Shown: positions 47,337-56,469 of the stretch, one piece after another
Position numbering within the stretch: position 1 is the first letter of the stretch
Layout: every line of letters starts with the position of its first letter
DNA from: a virus
Lineage: Duplodnaviria > Caudoviricetes
Virus record (IMG/VR): IMGVR_UViG_3300037692_000675
Location: 1-56,984 of that record
Direction: 5' to 3' (one strand)
DNA: 56,984 nucleotides
Position numbers and translations under genes: made by a program
The notes under the pieces: model-generated
What the model was told of the DNA's origin: nothing
The model's input: the letters and a program-made list of their open reading frames with translations, nothing else
The model's database searches: none

Positions 47337-49297
47337 ACATCACCGCCTCGCTCAAGCCCTTCCGGTTCGCCATCGAGGGTGGCACCCCGCAGCCGACCGT
47401 CGGCACCATGGGGTTCCAGACCATCGTGCAGTACGACACCTTGAGCCCGGGCGAGTACAACCCCGCCCTGCAGGGCGCCAAGGCCATCGGCATTTATGAC
47501 CGCATGCGCCGGTCGGACGGCCAGGCCAATGCCGTCGAGCTCATTACGAGCCTGCCGGTGTGCGCCCTCGACTGGCGGGTCGACCCCGGCGGTAAGGGCA
47601 GCACCGACAAAGAAGCCGCCGAGCTCATCCAGACCAACCTACTCGAGGCGATGGCCGTCTCGTGGGCCGAACTCCTGCGCCAGATGCTGCTCTCGCTGAT
47701 GTACGGTTTCTCGGTCCATGAAATCGTGTACGCGGTGGAGGGCAAGTACGTCCGCTGGGACGACTTCTTCCACATCCCCCATGCCAGCGTCGAAGAGTTC
47801 CAGTACGACCAGGGCCGCCTGTCCGCGATCCGCCAGGTCGGCTCGACCTACGACGGCTCCCAGGCCGACGTGACCATCCCGGCCGACAAGCTGCTCACCA
47901 CGACCTACCGCATGGAGGGCGGCAATGTCGCCGGCTTCCCCCTCTTCCGCCCCATGTACAAGCACTGGTGGTGTAAGGACGTCGCCTACACGATCCTGGG
48001 CATGGCCATCGAGTGCCTCATCATGGGCGTCCCGTGGGCCAAAGTCCCCAAGGGTACCAACGACGAGCAGAAGCGCAACCTGCTCTCCATCCTGGAGAAC
48101 ATTCGCGCCCGCGACAAGCGCGGGGTCGTGCTGGACAGTGACATCGACCTCAATCTGCTCGAGAGCAAGCGCGACCTGAAGATCGTGCTCGACTACATCA
48201 GCCATCACGACATCATGATGGCCCGCACGGCCCTGGCGCAGTTTCTCAACCTGGGCGCCACCGAGGTCGGCGCTCGCGGCCTGTCGGAGGATCACAGTAA
48301 AATCTTCATGATCGCCGAGCAGGCCCTGGCTGACATGGTCGCCACGGTCATGAACCGCGGCCCAATCCCCCGCCTCTGCCAGTACAACTGGCCCGGCCTG
48401 CAGGTCTTCCCGAAGCTGACCCACAGCCACATCCGCACTGTGCTGCGCCTCGAGCCGGTCCTCGAGGCCCTCGCGCACCTGGTCGCCGGCTCCCTGGTCA
48501 CGCCCGAGCTCGACCTCGAGAACCGCATTCGCCAGTTGCTCGATCTGCCGGAGCTCGCCGCGCCCGCCGCTCGGGCCGACAAATCGGCGGAGCCCGCTGG
48601 CGATGAGCCCCCTGATGAGGGCGGATCTGCGGACGCCGCCGACCAGTCTGAGCCGGATGACCAGCAGCGCGCGGCCACCGCGCCCGCAATCGCGCGCGCC
48701 CGGGCGCACGCAGCCTGCGAGCACCAGCCTTTGGCCTTTGCCGATCCACAGACCGCGGCCATCGGCGCGCTCTTCGAGCAGACCAACGACACCTTCCAGC
48801 GCACCGCCGGCAAGCTGCTCGATGACATGATCACTAAGCTCCACACAGCCGCCCGTACTGCGCTCGGCAAGGTCAGTCAGCCATTCTCGCGGGCGCGGCT
48901 CTACACGGCACTACAGGCGATCGAGCTGCCCGGCCAGGCGCGCTACGCCGCGGCGGTCCGTGACTACCTCACGACCCTCGCGGGCGCGGGCCGCCAGGCC
49001 GCGGCTGAGATCGCCGGCGCCGACGTGCCCGCCGCGTCCGCGGACGAGCGCAATCACATCAAGGCCCAGGCGGATCTCCTCGCGAAGCGGCACGTCGCCG
49101 AGCTCAAGGCGGTCTTCATCCAGCAGATACTCTCCGGCGCGCTCACCGATGTCCCGGTGGCCCAGGCTGTGGACGACGCCGCCCAGGCCGGCCGAGATCG
49201 CGTGAGCACGGAGTTCTCATCGTGGTTCCGTGAGGCGCTCGCGGCCTTCACCACCCAGCTGTCGCAGTCTATCTATCCGCAGGGGAGTGGATCATGA
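47333..49297 (+). CDS. Mu gp29-like portal (DUF935) with long C-terminal extension
   Basis: IYDRMRRSD..YGFSVHEIVY..PMYKHWWCK..LAQFLNLG..NRIRQLLDLP; ~190 extra aa after an acidic linker. Confidence 0.88.
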   Translation: MNITASLKPFRFAIEGGTPQPTVGTMGFQTIVQYDTLSPGEYNPALQGAKAIGIYDRMRRSDGQANAVELITSLPVCALDWRVDPGGKGSTDKEAAELIQTNLLEAMAVSWAELLRQMLLSLMYGFSVHEIVYAVEGKYVRWDDFFHIPHASVEEFQYDQGRLSAIRQVGSTYDGSQADVTIPADKLLTTTYRMEGGNVAGFPLFRPMYKHWWCKDVAYTILGMAIECLIMGVPWAKVPKGTNDEQKRNLLSILENIRARDKRGVVLDSDIDLNLLESKRDLKIVLDYISHHDIMMARTALAQFLNLGATEVGARGLSEDHSKIFMIAEQALADMVATVMNRGPIPRLCQYNWPGLQVFPKLTHSHIRTVLRLEPVLEALAHLVAGSLVTPELDLENRIRQLLDLPELAAPAARADKSAEPAGDEPPDEGGSADAADQSEPDDQQRAATAPAIARARAHAACEHQPLAFADPQTAAIGALFEQTNDTFQRTAGKLLDDMITKLHTAARTALGKVSQPFSRARLYTALQAIELPGQARYAAAVRDYLTTLAGAGRQAAAEIAGADVPAASADERNHIKAQADLLAKRHVAELKAVFIQQILSGALTDVPVAQAVDDAAQAGRDRVSTEFSSWFREALAAFTTQLSQSIYPQGSGS

Positions 49298-49387
49298 AGT
49301 AAGCAGGAAGGCGCCCGGCGCGCGCCGAACCGTCTGTCAGTCTGGGGTCGTCATCGGGGTGGTCTGGCCGTCGGTGAGGTGTTCTTT

Positions 49388-49552
49388 TTCGCAAATCGCG
49401 CGGCAAAGAAGCGTGTTGGTATTCGCAAAGTTCTCGGCAAATGGGCCCTCTCGCGGGGTCGCGCCTGACGGTCGTGCCTGCCGCAACCCCCATATTCGCA
49501 AGCCTCCCGGCAAATCCGACCTCCATATTCGCATCCCCAACGCACAATCACA
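49388..49552 (+). promoter_or_regulatory. prophage right end with four putative transposase-binding repeats
   Basis: TTCGCAA(A/G)-N5-CGGCAAA at 49388, 49422, 49495; degenerate copy at 49528; terminal ACA. Confidence 0.85.
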
Positions 49553-49557
49553 CCCGC
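49553..49557 (+). repeat. target site duplication, right copy (CCCGC)
   Basis: identical to 5428..5432. Confidence 0.92.
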
Positions 49558-51365
49558 GTATACAGCTCCCACCGTACCGTGTTGTCGCACGCCCCGGTCA
49601 GCGTCCCATCGTGGGCGATCACATCCGCCGCCGTCCGCTTCTGCCGGCAATACCGGCACGTCTTGCGGAACGCCCCGACCTCATCGAAGTAGATCGCCGC
49701 CTCATGATCGAACCGCGCGACCTCCTCGAGAAACTCCGCCCACGACCGCCCCGGCTCCACCTGCCACGCCGGCTCCTCCACCGTCCCCGTGGTCATGACG
49801 GTCCCGGTGTCCTCCAGATCCTGCTCGCTCTCGGGCACGCCGCACCGCCCGAGCACCCACCGGAACACGTCGCGCACCAGCCACCCGTCGAACACCGGCG
49901 TGCGCCCATCGGCCTTCTCATCCCGCAGCCGCACCATCGGGTCGAGCACACTGATGACGGCCTCGCTCATCCCGCCGCCCGCCATCCGCACCGGCGGCTC
50001 GACCAGGTGCCCGTCCACGATCTGCCCGAGCGCCTCGCTCCCGTCGCTCATCCGCCACCCCAGCGCCAGGCTCGTCCGCCGGTTCTCCTGCAAGCCCGCA
50101 TGTTGCCCTCGCTGGTTATCCAGCGCCACGCGGTACTTTGCCGTCGGCTTATCCGCCGCGTGCTCGCCCTCGACTGCCAGCGCATCCGCCGACAGCTCCT
50201 GGTACGCCGGCTCGCCCACCGGCGTCAGCTCCGCCGCCTGCGCCACCTGCGCCGTCAGCCACTCCGGCGACACCCACGTCTCGAAGTCCACCTGCTCCCC
50301 CGTGTCCGGGTCAACCCCGACCTCCTCCTCGTGGTGCCGGTACGGGTTGATCTGCACCTGCCATGACCGCTCGGTCTCGCTCAGCCCTTCCCGCCCGGCC
50401 GTGTCGTCAATGATGACCGGCGTCGCCAGGACCGCGTGGTCATCATCCATGACCGGGATCATCCGCCCCTCGACCAGTACCGCGCCTCCTGATTCCTGCG
50501 TCAAAAACCCCGCCTCGATCGCCGGACTCTGCACCGTCGCCGGTACCATCTTCATCGGCAGGAACGACAGCGCCCACTGCCCGGCGTTGTGCCACGCCGT
50601 CACCTTCCCGCTCTTGACCTCCACGGGCCCGTGATCCTCATACACCCACACCGCCTGCGCGAACGCATCTGTGGACACCGCCAGCTTCCCGCGCAGCACC
50701 CCGACCCACATCAGCATCCGCTGCCCGCGCGCCACGCCCTCCAGCGACCCCAGCGATACCTGGTAGCCCTCTCCCGTCAGTGTCCGCCACTCGCTCCCCA
50801 CCCGGTGCAGCGCCCGGATCGCCCCCGCGTACGGGATCAGCAGCACCCACTCCTCCTCCTCGCGGATGCCGAAGTGGATCTCGGTATACGGCGGCCGCGA
50901 CCAGTCATGATCCGACGCCGGCTCGGCCCGGTACAGCGAGAACGCGAACAGGGGATTGTGGGGCAGCGTGAACCGGCTCTCCAGCCCGGTCGTGCGGTTG
51001 CTGGTCCCATCGGACTGATAGAGCTTGATCTCCTGGTTCAGCCCCAGGCCCCGCAGTGCGTGCCACGTCCCGCCCACCGTCGCAAAGTGCCCCAGCCCGA
51101 TGCCCTGGGACGTATCCGCGAACGGCCGGCAGATCACGCTATTGATCTTCTTGTCCTGCACGTGCAGCGCGGTGGGGAAGGGCGCCGGGTAGCCTTGCAC
51201 CCACAGTCCCAGCTCGCCCGCATCCACAACGCTGACCCGCGCCTGTTCATCCTGCATGACGTCGCCGGCGATGTCATACTGCCCGAAGCCGTCATAGCGT
51301 ACCCGTGCTTCCGGCCCGGGCTCATACATGCGCACCCGCGCGATCGGATGTACTCGTGAACTCAT
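49553..51365 (-). pseudogene. 5' part of tail-type gene interrupted by the prophage
   Basis: ORF runs into prophage end; rejoins 4946..5427 to give 765 codons. Confidence 0.88.
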
Positions 51366-51592
51366 CCTTGTCTCCTGCCGTTGCCGTTACCGGGACCGCG
51401 GGCGTCTCGCCCGCGCGCCGTTGCCGTCTGCCGTTACCGTTGTCGTTCCCCTCTCCGGACCCCGAGCGAAGTCGAGGGGGAGGGAGAGGGGTAGGGGTGA
51501 GGACGCCGTTCCGCGTGCGTCCCGGAGGGACGCTTCTCTGAGGCGAAGCGGTCGGCACGACCGCATTTCAACCCCCGACTGCGGCTCAGCCA

Positions 51593-51901
51593 CTACAAAC
51601 TCCCCTCGAACACCCACGTCTCCCCATCGTCCCCGCTCACATACACATCAATGTCGGGCGTCCGCGCCACAGCCACCACCAGCCGCCGCCCCTGGCTCTC
51701 GGTCTTGATCAGCCCCGCCCGCGCCTCATCTGCCGCCGCTGCCACGAGCCTCTCCTCACTGCCGTCCACAAACCTCAGCCAGGTCTGCCCCCCATCCGCC
51801 GTCCTCCGGATGTACACCGCCCCCTCCCGATATCCGGTCAGATACACGATGCCGTTATGCTCCACCATCGTCGGATATGTCAGCCCACCCACCGTCGCCA
51901 T
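51593..51901 (-). CDS. small Asp-box (BNR) protein
   Basis: GGAGG RBS; TADGGQTW and SGDDGETW. Confidence 0.65.
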   Translation of the reverse strand: MATVGGLTYPTMVEHNGIVYLTGYREGAVYIRRTADGGQTWLRFVDGSEERLVAAAADEARAGLIKTESQGRRLVVAVARTPDIDVYVSGDDGETWVFEGSL

Positions 51902-51997
51902 ACCGCCTCCATGCCGTTGCCGTTGTCGTTCCCCTCTCCGGAGCGAAGCGAGGGAGAGGGGTAGGGGTGAGGACGCCGTTCGCCGTTCACTTGCCAC

Positions 51998-54900
51998 TCA
52001 ACCACTCAACCACTCCTCCCCATCATCCACCGACACCCACCCCACCGTATCCCCCTCGCGCTGCCAGAACAGCCTCAGCCGCCCCCCCTCATCCTTCTCC
52101 GCGCACGGCTCCGTGTTCTCACCCTCACTCGTGATCTGCCGGGCCTCCTGCCACGGGTTGGCCAGGCCTTCCCGCCGCTGCATCCAGATGTTCCCCTCGC
52201 GCGCGTAGAAGATGAACATTTGCTCGACCGCATCGTCCATCAGGTGCGGCCCGCTCGCTCCGCCGCTCCAGCCGAGCTGCAGCGCCGCCGGCGTCGCCCG
52301 CCGCTCCTCGACCGGCGTCCCCAGCGGGCTCGCCAACAGCCCCACATCGTTCACGACCGTGAACCGGCACGCCGCCCCTGCCGGCTCGACCACCCGCGCC
52401 CCCGTCACTGCCACATACAGTCCGCACCCGCGGTACGGACTCGCCTTCCGCTCCGCGGCCCACTTGCCGACCGCCTTCAGCGCCACCACATCACTCAGCG
52501 GCCTGTCCGCGTTTGGCCCCCGCGTTCCCGCCGGGATCACCACCCGCACGGTCTCCTGGCTGCCATTCTCCAGCCGGCAGTCCAGCTCGACGGTCACCTC
52601 CGCCGCCTGGCTGTACTCGGTCGGAAACACGAGCTTCATCTGCGTCACGCCCAGGTTCCGGTCCACCTCCGGCAGCGCCCCGAACCACGCCAGGTCATGC
52701 CCCGCCGTGAACGCTGGCGTGCCTTCACTATCGAACCGCCCGAACCCCAGCCCCTCCGCAACCTCGTCCACATGCTGTGCGAACCACCGCAACGCATTAG
52801 TCGCCTGCCCGGCCCCGCTCTGGGTCAGGTAGTTGTCATTCTCCTCATACAGATCCGGCCGCCAGTGGTACCGGATGTCATACCTCCGACTCCCCCCACC
52901 CCTCGGCACTACCACGGATTCCAACCGGTGACCGCTGCCTTGCCCCCCCTCCCCCGTGGGGAGGGGGCCGGGGGGTAGGGCGGGCGTCGTAAAATGTGTC
53001 CTCCCATCCATCGCGTTCCCCATCCCGAACGCCATCGCACACTGCCAGCAACACCCTCGCACAAACCCCGCCGCGCTCGGGTCCCGCCACAGCGGCCCGC
53101 CGCAGTACGGGCACACCAGGTCCGCGAAGCACGCCCTCCGCGCCGCGCCGCCGATCGCCGTCACCTGTGTGAACCACTCATGCGCCCCGAACTCCAGCCC
53201 GATCCGCGCCGCCTCCGGCAGCTCCAGCCCGATGGCCTCCCCGCACCCGGTCACGACCCCGCCGTGTACCTTGCCGCCGATCAGGAACTTCGCCTCCGGA
53301 TAGAACCCCGCCGCCCGGTACTGTCCTGGCAGCGTCTCATACTCCTCGAACGACTGCGCCTCCAGACAGAACTCATTCAGCAGCACTTCCCTTGGCGTGC
53401 GCAGCCGGTAGTACCGCAGCTGCGGCCCGCCGACGATCAGCTCGTTGATGTCCTCGACATGTCGGTACTTCGGCAACGTCTCGACCGTCACCCAGCCCCC
53501 GTACGCCGCCTCCGTGGTCCCGAACTGCGCCTCCGTCTCGATGTCCTCGACGACGATCTCATCCTGCACGTACTGGAAGTTCGCGTGCCCCCGGTCGCCC
53601 TTGCGCCACGCCTCCGGCTTGTACATCTCGGCGAACCCCGCGTACGCCCGGGCCCCCAGCACCACATCCGAGTAGGGGAAACCCAGCACCGGCACCGACC
53701 CCCACTGCGGGTCATGTACCCACGGGTCGCCCCCGAACCCCTCCGCCGGAATCTCCGCCTCCCAGTATCCGCCGCCATCCGTCGTCGCGATCGCCTCGCC
53801 GACCACGCCGCTCTCATAGTCAATCGGCACGATGGCGATCCCCGCCGCCGGCACCCCCATCCGCTCATACACTCGCCCGGCGATCAGGTTGCCGCCCTGG
53901 TCGTAGAAGTCCATCACGCCCATGCCGACCGTGGCCGTGCCGCCTTCCTGCACCCCTACGATCTGCCGCGCACACCCCCACTCCGACTCCCATTCCCCCC
54001 ACCCGTTCAGCTTGAACTGCACCACCCCATGCTCGCCCGTCGGCAACCCCTCGACCGTGACGCTCCCCTCCGCGCCGATCAAGTAGTTCCCGCCGCTCTC
54101 ATCCAGCGTCCCGACCTTCACCCACGCCCCCGGTTCGCCGCTCACCACCAGCTTGCCGCTCAAGATGTCAATGACCGCCTCGGTCCCTTCGCTCAGTTCC
54201 GCCTTCCGCCCCAGGTACGCCATCGCTAGCCGCGTCAACTTCCGCGGCGGCGCCTGGCTCGCTGTCTCCTCACTGTCATCCCGCCGGTCCCCCTCGCGCT
54301 GGTAGATCGCGCCGTGCCCCTTCGGGCAGATGAACGCCCACCGCCCGTCCTCGCCGGTCATGATCGGCGCAGTCACCAGCGCCCCCTCGACCCACGTCTC
54401 CAGCGTGTCCGACCAGATCAGCTCGTTGTACTCGAGGCTGTCCCAGAATATCGCCGCCCCGCCCGGCCCCTCGACGACACCTTCCAGGCTGACATTCGCG
54501 CCCTCCTGCGGCACGCCGTCATGCAGCACCCGCCCCCGCACCCAATACCCCATGACACAGGTCTCACTCAGGGGTGCCGCCGCGTACCCCACCCCTTGTA
54601 TCCTCCGCCCCCAGTACGGGTCATCCACCATCACCGCATACTGCGGCTCCAGCTCGAACTCGCCGCCCACGAACCCCAGCTGTCCGGTCGCGAGCTTCTG
54701 GATCAGGTACACCGCCACATTCGGCAGCATCACCTCCGGCGTCCGCGCCTTGTACACCATCACCTCGATGGTCCCGGCCGCCGTCGCGAAGCTCGCACTC
54801 CCGCCGCTGGTGTACTGCCGCTGCACGGTGACGCCGGCCTCGCCTCCCAGCCGGATGACCTCCGGCTCCCACCCGCCATCCTCCCCGGCCTGCAGCAGCC

Positions 54901-55222
54901 CCCACGCCTCCTCCAGCTCCCCGACCTCGCTCCACGTCCGCACCGGCGCCCCATGCAAGAGCCCCAACAGCTGGCCCAGCGCCACGACCGCCTGCCCCTT
55001 GTCCCGCTCCTCCCCTGCCGTCCGATCCTCCGCCTCCCAATCGAACGCATGGCTCCCATCATCCCGCCAGTTGAGTTCGATGAGCGCCAGGATGCAGTAG
55101 CTCAGCACGGCCTTCAGCGCGGCGGTATTGGCCGGATTGTCTTGGGCCTCTGCCTCTTTGGCCCGGATGTCATTGACGAGCCCTTCCAGCCTCTCACCCA
55201 GCCCGGGATTCACCTGCCCCAT
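51998..55222 (-). CDS. large multidomain protein of outer tail-like cluster
   Basis: beta-sandwich-like repeats (VRGRVL..GANV; IAGRVY..TTDGGGYW), CPYC..CWQC, C-terminal SVDDGEEW; in-frame REP at ~52942. Confidence 0.7.
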   Translation of the reverse strand: MGQVNPGLGERLEGLVNDIRAKEAEAQDNPANTAALKAVLSYCILALIELNWRDDGSHAFDWEAEDRTAGEERDKGQAVVALGQLLGLLHGAPVRTWSEVGELEEAWGLLQAGEDGGWEPEVIRLGGEAGVTVQRQYTSGGSASFATAAGTIEVMVYKARTPEVMLPNVAVYLIQKLATGQLGFVGGEFELEPQYAVMVDDPYWGRRIQGVGYAAAPLSETCVMGYWVRGRVLHDGVPQEGANVSLEGVVEGPGGAAIFWDSLEYNELIWSDTLETWVEGALVTAPIMTGEDGRWAFICPKGHGAIYQREGDRRDDSEETASQAPPRKLTRLAMAYLGRKAELSEGTEAVIDILSGKLVVSGEPGAWVKVGTLDESGGNYLIGAEGSVTVEGLPTGEHGVVQFKLNGWGEWESEWGCARQIVGVQEGGTATVGMGVMDFYDQGGNLIAGRVYERMGVPAAGIAIVPIDYESGVVGEAIATTDGGGYWEAEIPAEGFGGDPWVHDPQWGSVPVLGFPYSDVVLGARAYAGFAEMYKPEAWRKGDRGHANFQYVQDEIVVEDIETEAQFGTTEAAYGGWVTVETLPKYRHVEDINELIVGGPQLRYYRLRTPREVLLNEFCLEAQSFEEYETLPGQYRAAGFYPEAKFLIGGKVHGGVVTGCGEAIGLELPEAARIGLEFGAHEWFTQVTAIGGAARRACFADLVCPYCGGPLWRDPSAAGFVRGCCWQCAMAFGMGNAMDGRTHFTTPALPPGPLPTGEGGQGSGHRLESVVVPRGGGSRRYDIRYHWRPDLYEENDNYLTQSGAGQATNALRWFAQHVDEVAEGLGFGRFDSEGTPAFTAGHDLAWFGALPEVDRNLGVTQMKLVFPTEYSQAAEVTVELDCRLENGSQETVRVVIPAGTRGPNADRPLSDVVALKAVGKWAAERKASPYRGCGLYVAVTGARVVEPAGAACRFTVVNDVGLLASPLGTPVEERRATPAALQLGWSGGASGPHLMDDAVEQMFIFYAREGNIWMQRREGLANPWQEARQITSEGENTEPCAEKDEGGRLRLFWQREGDTVGWVSVDDGEEWLSG

Positions 55223-55447
55223 GCGATCCTGCCTCTCTGCCTCGTGTGTGTGTCGTGCCGCTATCGGGACCGCGAAGCGGACCGCAGGTCCGCAGGGCGT
55301 CTCGCCCGCGCGCCGTTGCCGTTCCCCTCTCCGGAGCGAAGCGAGGGAGAGGGGTAGGGGGGAGGACGCCGTTCAGCCTTTGCCTTCCGCCGTTGATGCG
55401 TCCCGGAGGGACGCTTGTCTCAGGCGGGGGTTTCAACCCCCGCCCGG

Positions 55448-56137
55448 CTACCGACTCAACTCCAGCCTCAGATCCTCTTCCTCATCAAACTCCGCTCGCC
55501 GTCGCCGTTCGCCGTTCCCCTCTCCGGAGCGCAGCGAGGGAGAGGGGTAGGGGTGAGGATGTCGTTCGTCGGGTCGTTGCTGTTCGCCGTCCCCCCCTCC
55601 CTGTTCAGGGAGGGGGGGCAGGGGGGGTAGGCGGTCGTTGCCGTCTGCCGTCCCCCTCCCCTGTGGGGAGGGGGTGCCCTGCGCAGCAGGGCGGGGGTAG
55701 GCGCCGTCGGAGGGGCCGGCTATTAGCCGGCCCGTCGTTCGGATCTCCTCCCCCCAACCCTCCTCCTCGACCGCCTCTGCCTTCCGCCTCTGCCTTCCCC
55801 CCTCGCGCTCCTCGACTCTTGCCTTCAGCCTCTCCCGCAACTCCCCCAGCCGCCTCGCCTCCCGCCGCCGCCGTTCGGGGTAGGGGATAGGGGACACGCC
55901 CTCTGCCTGCCGCCTCTCCTCAACTCTCAGCTCCCCGTCTCGCTCGCGTCTCGCCTCGGCCTCCCCGCCTCCGCCCCCAACCGTCGCCGCCTCGACTCCC
56001 TCCACCACCACCGCCTCAACCTCAACTGCCTCCGCCGCCTCCGCCTCCACCATCCCCACCACTGCCTTCGCCATCGCCAGCATCCTGGGCAGCACCGGCG
56101 CCGGCGCGCGCCGCACGATCTCATGGCTCGCCCTCAT
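55448..56137 (-). CDS. charged hypothetical protein in tape-measure position, carrying stacked in-frame repeats
   Basis: ATGA-coupled to chaperone extension; open frame through 55500..55740 repeat stack. Confidence 0.5.
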   Translation of the reverse strand: MRASHEIVRRAPAPVLPRMLAMAKAVVGMVEAEAAEAVEVEAVVVEGVEAATVGGGGGEAEARRERDGELRVEERRQAEGVSPIPYPERRRREARRLGELRERLKARVEEREGGRQRRKAEAVEEEGWGEEIRTTGRLIAGPSDGAYPRPAAQGTPSPQGRGTADGNDRLPPLPPLPEQGGGDGEQQRPDERHPHPYPSPSLRSGEGNGERRRRAEFDEEEDLRLELSR

Positions 56138-56469
56138 GCTTGCCGCGCCCCTTTGCCCTGCCAGAATGCCGCCCACAGCTCCACCTTCCACGCCGGCTGC
56201 CGCGCATACGCCTCACCCGTGGGCAACTCCCCGGTCGCCTCATGCAGCCGCAGCTCCCGCATCACCGCCAGCACGAGCACCGCCCACGCCGGCACGCGCA
56301 CCGCCTCGGCCTCACTCCCCGCCAGCAGCGCCGCCGCCTCCCGCGCCTCCGTAAAGTCCACGCCCTCGCGCAGCCTCACCGCCGCCTCCGGCAGCTCCCC
56401 CGCGAGCAGCTCTGCCGGCCCCGCCATCAGGCCTTGCTCCTGCCGCCCGAGCTGCCTCAGCCTTTTTTT
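56134..56469 (-). CDS. -1 frameshift extension of outer tail assembly chaperone
   Basis: A AAA AAA (56463..56469) just before stop; -1 frame gives KKRLRQ...LPTGEAYARQPAW. Confidence 0.65.
   Translation of the reverse strand, partial: KKRLRQLGRQEQGLMAGPAELLAGELPEAAVRLREGVDFTEAREAAALLAGSEAEAVRVPAWAVLVLAVMRELRLHEATGELPTGEAYARQPAWKVELWAAFWQGKGARQA

Larger units (their letters stand above)
5433..49552. mobile_element. Mu-like transposable prophage, 44,120 bp, apparently complete
   Basis: TGT...ACA ends, 5-bp TSD, interrupted flanking gene, DDE transposase + AAA ATPase + Gam + head/tail/lysis genes. Confidence 0.95.

Noticed and set aside
49269-49547. Small ORFs over the right end
   Set aside because: They coincide with the end repeats and lack an RBS or motifs.
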